Assembly (NCBI GenBank): GCA_963664015.2
Contig: CAXXLF010000001.1
Span: forward strand, 1-64,000
Direction of reading: 5' to 3'
Length of the DNA: 64,000 nucleotides
From: Candidatus Binatia bacterium
Lineage (GTDB): Bacteria > Desulfobacterota > Binatia > UBA9968 > CAXXLF01
Part shown: positions 8,264 to 18,795 of the stretch, one piece after another
Layout: each line of letters opens with the position of its first letter
Numbering within the stretch: position 1 is the stretch's first letter
Notes under the pieces: generated by a model
Database searches by the model: none
What the model was told of the DNA's origin: nothing
The model's input: the letters and a program-made list of their open reading frames with translations, nothing else
Translations under genes and position numbers: made by a program

Positions 8264-10078
8264 GTGAACGAGGTCGTAGGGGTGTTCAATAAGCAGGATA
8301 GGTATAGAAGGGCCGGGGACCGGATAAAGCGGTTCCTCGGCCCACAAATCCTCCCTGTGAGTTTGTCTTGGATGGCGCTTGCCTCAGTGTTGGCGCTCAC
8401 CTTTTTCGTCCTCTACATGACTTTCGTCCCGGGGCTGCCAATAGAACCAGGGCTAACCCTGAGCCATTGGGCCCTGTTGAGTGATTCCTACCTGGCGCTC
8501 GAAGTCATTCCCAACACTCTCATTGTCGGTGTGGGTACCGTTCTGGTCACCATCTTCTTCGCTGGACCCCTGGCCTGGTTACTCAATCGAACAACCCTAC
8601 CGTTTCGTAACGTCTTCATGGCAATGATTGCCACCGTGGTCGTCATCCCTGGCTTTGTCAAAGCCATGGGATGGATTATCCTGGTCAATGAAAAGATTGG
8701 ATTGATTAACAAGGGACTGGCCGCCCTCCTGGGCCTGGAGAGTATCCCCATAAACTTGAATAATCCCTACGGCATGGCCTGGGTTATGGGCCTAGCTTTA
8801 ACCCCTTCCATGTTCTTTCTCATCTCGGGTCCCATGCGTGCACTGGATCCGACCTTAGAAGAAGCCGCCGGGGTTTCAGGTGTTAACCGGTGGTGGACCT
8901 TTGTGCGAGTGAGCCTGCCCCTGGTATGGCCCGCTATATTGGGGGGCGCCATATACAATTTCATGACGGCTATCTCGATCTTTGAAATTCCCGCCATGCT
9001 AGGAGGAGCTAGCGGGAGGGCGCCTGTGCTTGCCAGCGAACTCTTCTACACTGTCCATCCGACAACCCCTGACTCGGCGGCCTCCGAGATCCCCTACGGG
9101 GCTGCGGGAGTCTATGGAGTGCTGATCGCTGCTCCGAGTTTACTGGCGCTACACTTCTATCACCGGATCCTGGCCAAGACCCATCGCTACGGTGTCATCA
9201 CCGGGAAAGGATACCGGCCACGGAATGTGGAATTAGGGCGCTATAAATATTGGGGTGTCGCCTTCGTGCTGTTTTACCTGTTGCTCGCCGTTGTATTACC
9301 CATACTCGTGATCGTATGGACCTCGCTTTTGCCTTACGTTCAAATGCCTTCCATCGAGGCCCTTTCGAAACTCAACTTCGCAAATTATGACGATCTCTAT
9401 ACCATCATGGGCGGCCCCAAGGTGATTCGTAATACGATTCTCTTGATGGTTACCGTACCTGTTCTAGTCTTGTTCTTCAGCTTTATGACCTCTTGGGTCG
9501 TGGTGCGGACCCGGTTGCGTATGCGTCAGACGATGGACACCATAGCCATGCTTCCCCACGCGATTCCTGGCCTCGCCTTCGCTTTCGCATTATTCATCTT
9601 GGGGCTCGTTGCATCGAGATGGCTGCCCTGGCTTCCACTGCGGGGCACGGTGATGATTATCATTATCGCCAACTCCCTCAACCGATTGGCCTATGGCACC
9701 CGAATCACCAATGCGGCCCTGCTCCAGGTGACGCCCGAGTTGGAAGAGTGCGCCAGAGTGTGTGGCGCTTCGAATGTCTCGGTCATGTGGCGGATCATTG
9801 CGCCGCTCATCAAACCATCGTTGATATTCGCTGGACTGTGGACCGCCATGCTCACGTTCCGAGAGGTGAGCATGGCGTTATTCTTGACCGAGACCAAGAA
9901 CCTGGTGCTTGCGGCGTCAGTTTGGATGCTATGGCGCGATGGTGATTTAAGTGTCGCTTCAGCGGCAGCCACCGTCATGGTGCTTATTACGGGTGTCTTG
10001 ATGATCCTAACTTTGGTGTTCGCTGGTGGGAGGCTGGTAGAATCCAGAGATGGGGCACAGGAACGGCCCCCTGGATAA
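8264..10078 (+). CDS. ABC transporter permease, FbpB/ThiP-type with two permease domains
   Basis: Two EAA loops (LEEAAGVSG, LEECARVCGA); ITGKGYRP linker. Confidence 0.9.
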   Translation: MNEVVGVFNKQDRYRRAGDRIKRFLGPQILPVSLSWMALASVLALTFFVLYMTFVPGLPIEPGLTLSHWALLSDSYLALEVIPNTLIVGVGTVLVTIFFAGPLAWLLNRTTLPFRNVFMAMIATVVVIPGFVKAMGWIILVNEKIGLINKGLAALLGLESIPINLNNPYGMAWVMGLALTPSMFFLISGPMRALDPTLEEAAGVSGVNRWWTFVRVSLPLVWPAILGGAIYNFMTAISIFEIPAMLGGASGRAPVLASELFYTVHPTTPDSAASEIPYGAAGVYGVLIAAPSLLALHFYHRILAKTHRYGVITGKGYRPRNVELGRYKYWGVAFVLFYLLLAVVLPILVIVWTSLLPYVQMPSIEALSKLNFANYDDLYTIMGGPKVIRNTILLMVTVPVLVLFFSFMTSWVVVRTRLRMRQTMDTIAMLPHAIPGLAFAFALFILGLVASRWLPWLPLRGTVMIIIIANSLNRLAYGTRITNAALLQVTPELEECARVCGASNVSVMWRIIAPLIKPSLIFAGLWTAMLTFREVSMALFLTETKNLVLAASVWMLWRDGDLSVASAAATVMVLITGVLMILTLVFAGGRLVESRDGAQERPPG

Positions 10079-10114
10079 ACGGATAAACTGGATGAGCGAT
10101 GTAAAGTGTATTCC

Positions 10115-10982
10115 TCAGGATCGAAGCTGATCGATCAGGCTATCGATGAAGCCTTCATCGTCGAGTTTCTTCACCCAATGGAGGTCCCAGAAGGTCAAGG
10201 GATTTACCTCCTTGGACCCATACTCGGTGGCTGCAATCTCGTCCGAATTGAAAAGCGCCGGCGGGGTAGGGTAAGGCTTGGCTTGGAGCCCCTTTGTCAC
10301 AGAGTCGAACTGCCGCTCCAATTCACCGGGATCTTCAACCTTCATTCGCCTCATGGGTTCTCCCGAGACAATCTTCAATGCTTCGTCCCTTTGAAACTTC
10401 ATCATGCAGATGGCGTGAATGACCGATCTCAGATAAACCAGGAACAGATCCGGGTTACTGTTGGGCAACCTGGAGAGACAGGCCTGGGCAAAATGCCCGA
10501 CTACTTCGATATCCTGCACGTCGCGCACCTTTAGCCCCGCTCACGACCTTTTTCCACTGTCCCCATCGCCCCACTTCGCTATCCTTGACGATGACGGTTC
10601 GCACGGTGGATTCAAGGCCCATCTTTTTGATCCATAAGGTAACCGCATGGGGCCCCCCGGAGGACCGAACGGCCATGGTTTTCCCATTCCATTCTTCCAA
10701 ATGGCGGACTCGAGGGTCCACGACCAATTCCAGGCCGCGGCTGATACTGGGGGCGCAGAACAGAGTCACCGGCAGTCTATCGTTGGCGCCGGCAAACAGA
10801 TACTCCAAATGTTCGATGATGACGTCGCAGGAACCGTCGAAGAGCGCCGCCTCATACGCCTTGGTCCCCTGAATCTGCACGACCTCAACGTCAAGATCAT
10901 AGAATCTTTTTACCATTTCATGAATACAGAAGATGACCGGAGTTCGATTGTTGTCTCTGTAGGCTAGTTTTAAATGTCTCAT
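10115..10982 (-). pseudogene. NMT1/SsuA-like substrate-binding protein split by a frameshift
   Basis: The N-terminal part MRHLKLAY...WKKVVSG changes frame near 10535 to GLKVRDVQDIEVVGH...NPLTFWDLHWVKKLDDEGFID. Confidence 0.65.
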
Positions 10983-11147
10983 GGAAAACTCTAACGAGGT
11001 GCCGATTACCACGTAGCCTGATGGGGTGTCAAGATAACCGGCTGTGTCCATGGCTTGACAGAGGGGGTGGTGCCAGTGCAAAAGAAAAGGACCCCCAAGA
11101 CTCATCATCACCTTAGATTCACAAACCGACAGGAGCATGTGAACTTT

Positions 11148-11567
11148 ATGATACAAATTACTGAAGAAATGAAGGAGCGGTTGGGCATGTCCTTTGAGGA
11201 GAACAAGGAGTGCCTGTTGGCAACGGCTTCAAAAGAAGGAGTATCCAGTATTGGTTATCGCGGTAGCATGTTTGTCTGGAACGGTGATCACCTTGCCTTT
11301 TGGGAACGTTCACACCAGTTCGGATTGCGTCACATGCAGGAAAACCCTAACGTGTGTGTTCTTTATGTCGACCGAGGGCGCCGGGTGGGATGGCGTTTTT
11401 ATGGTCAAGCGACGCTATACAAGCAAGGAGAGATTCGCCAGAAGATTATGGATGGTACGATCCAGGACGAACTGGACAAGGATCCTGAGCGAACAGGATT
11501 TGGAGTACTGATCCGCATTGACCTGATCAAACGCTTCAGTGGAGAAGACATCGTTCAAAAACGCTAG
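11148..11567 (+). CDS. Pyridoxamine 5'-phosphate oxidase-like FMN-binding protein
   Basis: CLLATASKEG, RGSM, AFWER, ENPNVCVLY, WRFYGQA; AGGAG RBS. Confidence 0.8.
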   Translation: MIQITEEMKERLGMSFEENKECLLATASKEGVSSIGYRGSMFVWNGDHLAFWERSHQFGLRHMQENPNVCVLYVDRGRRVGWRFYGQATLYKQGEIRQKIMDGTIQDELDKDPERTGFGVLIRIDLIKRFSGEDIVQKR

Positions 11568-11880
11568 ATTCGAGTTGTTTCAGGTCGAGAGTGAGACCAA
11601 TCAAATTGAGCAACTTCGGACTTTAAGGAATGATGGGTAAAACCCTGCCAATCAACCGGCAAAGCGTCCAAATATCGCCCCTAAGAATTACTCCTCACAC
11701 TAGCCACCTGGAAGGGCTCATTCCCAACACCACCCGGGGTACCAATTATAGGTATAGGTCTCTTCTGGGTCCAGGGTTACACCTTTTACCGACCGTCTAG
11801 ACTAGACTGCGATGCCAGTTGGCGCCACCCCCCCCTCCGGTCCTGCATCTGGTATCATCCGTTAGCCTGTGTTAGCTAGG

Positions 11881-12735
11881 ATGACGATGAAGATCCTGGC
11901 ACCGGCAAAGGTCAACCTGTATCTCAGGATAGTGGGTAAACGGGCCGACGGTTACCACCTCCTCGATAGCCTCATGGCACCCGTCAGCCTGTATGACGAA
12001 CTCCGGATCACCCGATCCCCCAAGGGTAGCGACCCAATTGAGGTTACATGCGATGATGCAAGTGTCCCCACGGGGAGGAAGAATCTGGTTTACCGAGCGG
12101 CGGAAATTCTTCTCCAACGGGCAAACCTCTTCACGCCAATCCATATCCACATCAAGAAGAAGATCCCGCTGGGATCCGGACTCGGTAGCGGAAGCACTGA
12201 CGCCGCGGCCACGTTGGTAGGCCTGAATCGCCTCCTACGGTTGGAATGGTCCATACCAGTCATGGCAAAGTTGGGGGCCTCCATCGGAGCCGATATCCCA
12301 TTCTTCATTCACGGGGGCCCTGCCATTGTTCGCGGGGTAGGGGATAGAATCCGTTCGGTTTCGAATCTGCCACGGCTATGGTTGGTCATCGTGTATCCTG
12401 GGTTCCCAGTCTCGACCCAATGGGTCTACAACCACCTCAACTTTGAGTTGACAAAACCCATTAAGAATACTAAGTTAATCCTTCCATTGAGCCACTCCGA
12501 CCAGCTGGTGCGCTTACTAGTAAATGACCTGGAAGGCGTCACGATTGCCCGCCACCCCCGGATCGCTTCACTCAAGCAGACGTTGATCCAGGAAGGCGCA
12601 ATAGGAGCTCTCATGTCGGGCAGCGGTTCATCGATTTTTGGGATTTTTGCAGCGGAAGAAGGGGCGAGAATGGCCCTCCGTCGATTACGGACGAAAGATC
12701 CCATCCAGTCTTACTTGGTGCGCTTATTGACTTGA
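11881..12735 (+). CDS. ispE: 4-diphosphocytidyl-2C-methyl-D-erythritol kinase
   Basis: APAKVNLYL, KKIPLGSGLGSGSTDAA, GADIPFF, MSGSGS. Confidence 0.96.
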   Translation: MTMKILAPAKVNLYLRIVGKRADGYHLLDSLMAPVSLYDELRITRSPKGSDPIEVTCDDASVPTGRKNLVYRAAEILLQRANLFTPIHIHIKKKIPLGSGLGSGSTDAAATLVGLNRLLRLEWSIPVMAKLGASIGADIPFFIHGGPAIVRGVGDRIRSVSNLPRLWLVIVYPGFPVSTQWVYNHLNFELTKPIKNTKLILPLSHSDQLVRLLVNDLEGVTIARHPRIASLKQTLIQEGAIGALMSGSGSSIFGIFAAEEGARMALRRLRTKDPIQSYLVRLLT

Positions 12736-12775
12736 GGCCACTTTTCAAGTCGACCTCAATCGGAAGGAGGTCGCC

Positions 12776-13064
12776 GTGGAGCGCACTGAGATTAGGGTCT
12801 TTCCCGTGGATAAAGACAAACTGCGGGCCTATGTGACGATTACTCTCGATCACTGTCTTGTTGTTTGCGATCTCAAAATCATTCGGGGTATAAGAGGACT
12901 CTTTGTCTCCATGCCCAGCAAGCGAAGGAAGGACGGAACCTATAAAGATATTGCCCACCCCCCTGAATAACGAGACGCGACGCATGATGGAGGAGAAGAT
13001 CATTGCGGAATACGAAAAGCTACTTATGGATGCAGGGAGGGAAACGAGCGAAGGAGAAAACTAA
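12776..13064 (+). CDS. spoVG: SpoVG family protein with an apparent +1 frameshift in a C6 run (possibly a sequence error)
   Basis: LRAYVTITLD, GLFVSMPSKR, DIAHP. Removing one C at 12958-12963 restores HPLNNETRRMMEEKIIAEYEK...GEN*. Confidence 0.85.
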
Positions 13065-13095
13065 TCTCAGGAAAGCCAAGTGGAAGGTTCGGGGA

Positions 13096-13169
13096 TGGGC
13101 GGTCGCCAAGTGGTAAGGCCCCGGACTTTGGATCCGGTATCGAAGGTTCGAATCCTTCCCGCCCAGCCA
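13096..13169 (+). tRNA. tRNA-Gln(TTG)
   Basis: TGGGCGG/CCGCCCA acceptor stem, CCGGA-CT-TTG-GA-TCCGG anticodon arm, GGTTCGAATCC T-loop, encoded CCA. Confidence 0.97.
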
Positions 13170-13241
13170 AATCTCATTTCATGGTAGACCAGACCCCTCA
13201 TTGATGAGGAAATCATTGACTAGAATTAAGGGTGTCAAACG

Positions 13242-14195
13242 ATGCGTCAGACACGTGATGCACTGAAGATCTTTGCTGGGAACTCCAATCCATCGCTGGC
13301 AGCGGAAATTTGCCGCCGTCTAGACGTACCGCTGGGGCAGGCGATGGTTTCAACCTTCAGTGACGGCGAGATTAGAGTCGAGGTTAACGAAAACGTTCGC
13401 GGTTTCGATGTATTTGTAATTCAATCGACCAGTGCACCGGGGAACAACAACCTACTGGAATTGTTGCTCATGCTCGATGCCTTTAAGCGCGCATCGGCCA
13501 AACGAATCACTGCGGTGATTCCCTATTATGGTTATGCTCGCCAGGATCGAAAGGTCAGCCCCAGGGTCCCCATCAGTGCCAAGTTGATCGCCGACCTTAT
13601 CACGACAGCGGGTGCTTCACGCATGTTGACGCTGGACTTACACTCGGGGCAGATTCAGGGTTTTTTCAACATCCCTGTAGACAATCTCTATGCGGCTCCC
13701 GTGTTACTAGGCTATCTGCGTCGTCGGCTCAATCGCCACAAGGTGACGATTGTATCCCCCGATGCGGGAGGAGTTCAGAGGGCCCGCGCCTTTGCAACCA
13801 GATTGAATGCTGCTTTGGCCATCATTGATAAGCGAAGACAGGAAGCCAATGTGGTGGCTGAGATGAACATCATTGGAGATGTCAAAGGTACGGTAGCCGT
13901 ATTGTTAGACGATATGGTCGATACGGCAGGGACTTTGGCTACGGCCTCGGCGGCCCTTGCCTCAGCCGGAGCCAAATCGATCCTGGCCTGTTGTACACAC
14001 CCGGTCCTATCTGGCTCGGCCATTCAAAAGATCAATGACTCTCCAATGGAGGAATTGATCGTGACCAATTCAATTCCGCTGGGACCGGAGTCTGAGAAAT
14101 GCAAAAAGATCAAGGTGCTCTCGGTCGCTAAGCTGATTGGGGAAGGCATTAGCCGAACCCACGAAGAGAAATCGGTGAGTTCTCTGTTTGTATAA
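13242..14195 (+). CDS. prs: Ribose-phosphate pyrophosphokinase
   Basis: FSDGE, YYGYARQDRK, DLHSGQIQGFF, VSPDAGG, DDMVDTAGT. Confidence 0.97.
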   Translation: MRQTRDALKIFAGNSNPSLAAEICRRLDVPLGQAMVSTFSDGEIRVEVNENVRGFDVFVIQSTSAPGNNNLLELLLMLDAFKRASAKRITAVIPYYGYARQDRKVSPRVPISAKLIADLITTAGASRMLTLDLHSGQIQGFFNIPVDNLYAAPVLLGYLRRRLNRHKVTIVSPDAGGVQRARAFATRLNAALAIIDKRRQEANVVAEMNIIGDVKGTVAVLLDDMVDTAGTLATASAALASAGAKSILACCTHPVLSGSAIQKINDSPMEELIVTNSIPLGPESEKCKKIKVLSVAKLIGEGISRTHEEKSVSSLFV

Positions 14196-14216
14196 ACCTG
14201 CAGGAGGTGCCTTCCA

Positions 14217-14885
14217 TTGGAAACTATAGACGTTAACATAGAGCTGCGAAACGGCACGGGTAAAGGCATCGCTAGGCGCCTTCGACGAAATGGGACCCTG
14301 CCAGGGGTGTTCTACGGACCCAAGGCGGAATCGGTGCCCTTGCAGGTCAACAGAAAAGAACTCAGGACACTAATCTCGGATCTAGGTGGATCCCATTTGA
14401 TTCGGATGAAATGTGGCGCGTCGGTTCTGGACAATAAGGTTGCCTTGATCAAGCAGATTCAGACACACCCCATTACCGGTGAAGTCATTCACATGGATCT
14501 TTATGAAGTCGATCTCACCGTGAAGCTCACTGCCAAAGTCCCTCTCCACTTTGAAGGGAAGCCTCAAGGGGTAGTCCGGGGAGGCATCCTGCAGCCCATT
14601 GTGCGTGAAATTGAAGTGGAGTGTTTACCTCAAAACATTCCCACCCACTTCAACGTGGACGTGACCTCGATGGATATCGGTGATACTTTTCACGTGAGCT
14701 CGTTGTCCATGCCCGACGGTGTATCGGCTTTATTCGATTCGGATTTCACTCTCGTCACTGTAGTCGCCCCAACCGTCGAAGAGGCACCCAAGGCTGTGGC
14801 GGCCGCCGCCGAGGGAGAGGCGGGAGCCACACCCGTGGCCGCCGCCGAGGGAGAGGCGAAACCGGAAGGGGGATCAGGTTCTTAG
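14217..14885 (+). CDS. rplY: 50S ribosomal protein L25/Ctc
   Basis: GKGIARRLRRNG.LPGVFYG, QTHP..HMD, long Ctc form. Confidence 0.95.
   Translation: METIDVNIELRNGTGKGIARRLRRNGTLPGVFYGPKAESVPLQVNRKELRTLISDLGGSHLIRMKCGASVLDNKVALIKQIQTHPITGEVIHMDLYEVDLTVKLTAKVPLHFEGKPQGVVRGGILQPIVREIEVECLPQNIPTHFNVDVTSMDIGDTFHVSSLSMPDGVSALFDSDFTLVTVVAPTVEEAPKAVAAAAEGEAGATPVAAAEGEAKPEGGSGS
14801..14858 (+). repeat. 22-bp direct repeat in the rplY tail
   Basis: GGCCGCCGCCGAGGGAGAGGCG at 14801-14822 and 14837-14858 (encodes AAAEGEA twice). Confidence 0.85.
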
Positions 14886-14920
14886 CACCTTGTTGCTGTG
14901 GTGCCATCCTGGAAATTCCC

Positions 14921-15487
14921 GTGAAGATTGTCATGGGCCTAGGGAATCCTGGAAGGCGTTACGCATGGAGACGGCACAACCTGGGTTCCATGGTCCTTGA
15001 CCACTTTGCGCAGGAAAGAAACGTTAAAATCAAAGATAAGAAGTACCATGCCCTTATTGGTGAGTGGCACACCAACGGCGAGGACGTTTTGTTAGTAAAG
15101 CCCCAGTCCTATATGAATCTAAGCGGCGATTCCCTCCGGGATATACTGCGTGCTAGGTTTGTGGCGGCGAAGGACCTCATAGTCATTCACGATGACCTCG
15201 ACTTACCATTGGGCCGTATCCGAATTCGGATACGTGGGAGTGCCGCCGGCCATCGCGGCGTGCTTTCAATTATGGAAGTCTTGGGGAAACCGGACTTTAA
15301 TCGAATTCGGGTCGGAATTGGACGTCCTCCCTCAGGCATTGACCCAACGGACTATGTCTTAGGTCCATTTTTAGCAGAAGAGCTACCGGTGGTGAAAGAG
15401 GTTCTCTCTCGAACTGCAAACGCGGTACAAATGCTGCTGGAAGCGGGTCCTCGGAAAACAATGGAAGAATTCAATCAAAACAACTAG
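14921..15487 (+). CDS. pth: Peptidyl-tRNA hydrolase
   Basis: [34 protein letters not shown]. Confidence 0.95.
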   Translation: MKIVMGLGNPGRRYAWRRHNLGSMVLDHFAQERNVKIKDKKYHALIGEWHTNGEDVLLVKPQSYMNLSGDSLRDILRARFVAAKDLIVIHDDLDLPLGRIRIRIRGSAAGHRGVLSIMEVLGKPDFNRIRVGIGRPPSGIDPTDYVLGPFLAEELPVVKEVLSRTANAVQMLLEAGPRKTMEEFNQNN

Positions 15488-15497
15488 CGAGGTACTT

Positions 15498-17546
15498 ATG
15501 AATTGGTTGGTCTCTTGGTCTCCTCTCTTTGGCGTTGCCGGTCTTGTCATAGCATTTTTGATCTACCGGAGTCTTCTTCGTGTTCCGGTCAAGGATCCAA
15601 AGATGCAGGCTGTTGCCGATTCGATTTACGAAGGGGCAATGGCTTTTCTCACACGAGAGTATCGCATACTTTTCATATTTGTCATCGTGGTCGCCGCTCT
15701 ATCGGCATGGCAACTGGGCGTGGCAACGGCCATAGCCTTTCTCGCCGGCTCTTTCTGCTCCATTACGGCTGGTTTTCTTGGTATGAAATCGGCCACTCGG
15801 GCTAATGTCCGGACAACACAGGCAGCCAAGGACCACGGGCAGGGAGCAGCTCTGCTCACCGCATTTAACGGCGGCTCCGTCATGGGGCTTTCCGTTGCAA
15901 GCCTTGGGCTGATTGGGGTAGGTGTCTTCTTTATCCTTTACGGTGATCCTCAGTCAGCAAAAATCATAAACGGATTTGCCATGGGCGCCAGTTCCGTCGC
16001 ACTGTTTGCCCGTGTAGGCGGTGGTATCTATACCAAGGCGGCGGATGTGGGCTCTGATCTGGTTGGCAAGGTTGAAGCGGGCATTCCGGAAGACGATCCA
16101 CGCAACCCAGGAGTCATTGCCGACAACGTGGGCGACAACGTGGGCGATGTTGGTGGCATGGGCGCAGATCTCTTCGAGTCTTATGTGGGTTCGATCATTG
16201 CATCCGTTGCCATTGCTGCGACGCTGGTTCAAGGCAATCTCCAATCCCTCTTTGACTCGACCCCGGCAACGCCACGAGCCACTTTGATGTCCTTCCCGAT
16301 CATGCTTGCCGTTATCGGCCTCATCGCCTCGGTGGTCGGTATCTTTTCTATGAAGGTCTTGAAAAAGATCAATCCTCAGTCGGCTTTGCGTAGCGCTACC
16401 TTTACCACATCACTTCTTTTTTTAATTGGCGCCCTATTCCTCGTTCGCCAGACAGGCATCTCTTTGGGTGTCTTTTGGGCAGTCCTTTCCGGCTCCCTTG
16501 GTGGAATCGCTATTGGATTGATCACTGAATACTATACCTCTTCGACACCGGTACGTCGTATTGCGGAAGCCAGTAAAACGGGAGCCGCGACTAACTTGAT
16601 TCACGGGCTTGCCGTGGGACTGGAAAGCTGCGCCCTTCCGGTGATGGTGATCTGTCTGGCCATATTCACGTCCAATTACACCGCTGGCCTTTACGGGATA
16701 GGGATTGCCGCAGTTGCCATGTTAGCAACGGTCGGAATCACCATGAGCGTGGATGCCTACGGTCCGATCGCTGATAATGCCGGAGGTATCTCGGAAATGT
16801 GTGGTCTTGGACCCGAGGTCCGCAAAATCACCGATGGTCTGGACTCCCTCGGCAATACGACGGCGGCTATCGGGAAGGGGTTTGCCATAGGATCGGCGGC
16901 TTTGACTGCCTTGGCTCTTTTTTCCGCTTATACGGCGACGGTGGACGCCGAACTCTTACGAAAAGGGCAGAAGGGGCTCCAGATCATCATTACCGAGCCC
17001 GAAGTCATCATTGGACTTTTCATCGGTGGAGTTATTCCATTCTTGATCGGCGCCATGACCATGACCGCGGTGGGCCGCGCCGCCGAGCAGATGATCACTG
17101 AGATTCGCAGGCAGTTCCGTGAGATCCCTGGTCTCCTGGAGGGTCGTGAGGGTGTCAAGCCCGATTCAGCCAGATGTGTCGACATCTCGACTCGAGCTGC
17201 GCTAAAGGAAATGATCCTACCGGGACTGGTCGCGGTAACTGCGCCGGTGGTGGTAGGATTTATCATCGGCCCAGCTGCACTAGGCGGTATGTTGGCCGGT
17301 GCTTTGGTTTCCGGAGTACTCCTCGCCCTGACCATGGCCAATGCCGGTGGGGCTTGGGACAACGCCAAAAAAGCTATTGAAAAAGGTGAGATAGAAGGAG
17401 AGCAAAAGGGATCTGACGCTCACAAGGCGGCCGTTGTTGGAGACACCGTCGGGGATCCATTCAAAGATACCTCGGGCCCCTCGATGAACATTCTAATAAA
17501 GCTCATGTCCATCGTTTCTCTGGTTATCGCGCCTCTTTTGGTATAG
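15498..17546 (+). CDS. hppA: Membrane-bound ion-translocating pyrophosphatase, K+-dependent type
   Basis: [34 protein letters not shown] (Ala marks the K+-dependent type), [10 protein letters not shown]. Confidence 0.96.
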   Translation: MNWLVSWSPLFGVAGLVIAFLIYRSLLRVPVKDPKMQAVADSIYEGAMAFLTREYRILFIFVIVVAALSAWQLGVATAIAFLAGSFCSITAGFLGMKSATRANVRTTQAAKDHGQGAALLTAFNGGSVMGLSVASLGLIGVGVFFILYGDPQSAKIINGFAMGASSVALFARVGGGIYTKAADVGSDLVGKVEAGIPEDDPRNPGVIADNVGDNVGDVGGMGADLFESYVGSIIASVAIAATLVQGNLQSLFDSTPATPRATLMSFPIMLAVIGLIASVVGIFSMKVLKKINPQSALRSATFTTSLLFLIGALFLVRQTGISLGVFWAVLSGSLGGIAIGLITEYYTSSTPVRRIAEASKTGAATNLIHGLAVGLESCALPVMVICLAIFTSNYTAGLYGIGIAAVAMLATVGITMSVDAYGPIADNAGGISEMCGLGPEVRKITDGLDSLGNTTAAIGKGFAIGSAALTALALFSAYTATVDAELLRKGQKGLQIIITEPEVIIGLFIGGVIPFLIGAMTMTAVGRAAEQMITEIRRQFREIPGLLEGREGVKPDSARCVDISTRAALKEMILPGLVAVTAPVVVGFIIGPAALGGMLAGALVSGVLLALTMANAGGAWDNAKKAIEKGEIEGEQKGSDAHKAAVVGDTVGDPFKDTSGPSMNILIKLMSIVSLVIAPLLV

Positions 17547-17619
17547 GGAACCCTGATTCTGAGCTGGTGCTACGAATTGCATAGGGCACCAACCTATGCT
17601 AGTAAACTGTGGGGATATT

Positions 17620-18066
17620 ATGGCAAATGAAACTGAAATGACCCTTTACGAGACCTTGTTCATCCTTCGGACAGAGCAAGCACCGAAGGTAAAAGAGTTC
17701 CTTGAACGATACAAGAAAATTATCGAGGACAGGCAGGGGGCCGTAACTCATATAGAAGAGTGGGGAAACAGGGAACTGGCCTATCCGATCAACAAGCAGT
17801 CGCGTGGCAATTATAGTCTTATACGTTATCGTGCCCCCGCGGGGACCGTAGAAGAACTAGAAAGAACCATGAAGTTGAGCGAGGAGGTCATCCGATTCAT
17901 GACCGTGTGTGTCGATGAGGATGCCGATGTCCCGTCCCCGCATGCACCCAAGCAAATTCTTCAGGCCCCGACCCCAAGCCTGAAGCCCGAACCGAGTGCT
18001 GCCCAGAGAACTGAATCCAGTGCGGGAAAAACGCCCGAATCGAGTAAGGGCGAAGCTGGGACTTAA
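17620..18066 (+). CDS. rpsF: 30S ribosomal protein S6 with a Pro/Ser-rich C-terminal extension
   Basis: YETLFIL, EEWGNRELAYPINK, VIRFMTV. Confidence 0.93.
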   Translation: MANETEMTLYETLFILRTEQAPKVKEFLERYKKIIEDRQGAVTHIEEWGNRELAYPINKQSRGNYSLIRYRAPAGTVEELERTMKLSEEVIRFMTVCVDEDADVPSPHAPKQILQAPTPSLKPEPSAAQRTESSAGKTPESSKGEAGT

Positions 18067-18100
18067 AGTTCCCTGTTAAACTGCCGAACCGAGGCATCCA

Positions 18101-18453
18101 ATGGCGGAGTTCAACAAAGTGGTTCTCCTGGGACGATTAACCCGAGATCCAGACCTTCGTTATACCGGTGCCAAACTGGCAGTATGTGAGTTTTCCCTAG
18201 CAACGCACCATCACTACCGGGCCCACGAGGAAGTCAAAGATGAGGTTTCCTTTGTCGATATTGTTGTTTTCGGTAAACCAGGTGAATCGAGCAAGGAGTA
18301 TCTTAAAAAAAGATCTCGGGTATGGGTTGATGGCCGACTCGTGCAGCGTCGATGGGAAACTGCCAAGGGAAAGAACGAAGCAAACTCGAGGTTGTCGCAA
18401 ATATGGAGCTTGACAAGGGGGCTCACGAGACCCCTTCCCAAACTAAGGAATAA
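18101..18453 (+). CDS. ssb: Single-stranded DNA-binding protein, short form, with an apparent -1 frameshift near 18367
   Basis: NKVVLLGRLTRDPDLRYT, GRL..RRWET. Adding one G to the GGG run restores GKERSKLEVVANMELDKG...KE*. Confidence 0.8.
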
Positions 18454-18510
18454 TTTTGCTCTTTTACCGTTAATGAACACTTGAACCGCAGAGGGAGATT
18501 GGAAAAATCT

Positions 18511-18795
18511 ATGGCAGCTGAATCGGGATCATATCGCGAAAGAAGTGATGAAGGATACAACCGGCCACGGCGTATGATGGGTCGCGGCAGGAAGGTATGC
18601 CGTTTCTGTTCCCATAAAGAGATCAAGATCGACTACAAGGACGGCCGGCTTCTCAGCCAGTTCGTCACCGACCGGGGCAAGATCATTCCAAGTCGGATCT
18701 CGGGTAACTGCAACGGTCACCAGCGCCATCTAGCCATGGCGATCAAACGAGCCCGAATCGTCGCCCTACTACCATTTACTACGGCCAAGACTTGA
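18511..18795 (+). CDS. rpsR: 30S ribosomal protein S18 (Zn-binding Cys form)
   Basis: [38 protein letters not shown]. Confidence 0.96.
   Translation: MAAESGSYRERSDEGYNRPRRMMGRGRKVCRFCSHKEIKIDYKDGRLLSQFVTDRGKIIPSRISGNCNGHQRHLAMAIKRARIVALLPFTTAKT

Noticed and set aside
10072-10095. GGATAAAC tandem duplication at the permease stop
   Set aside because: Only two short units; consistent with trivial slippage.
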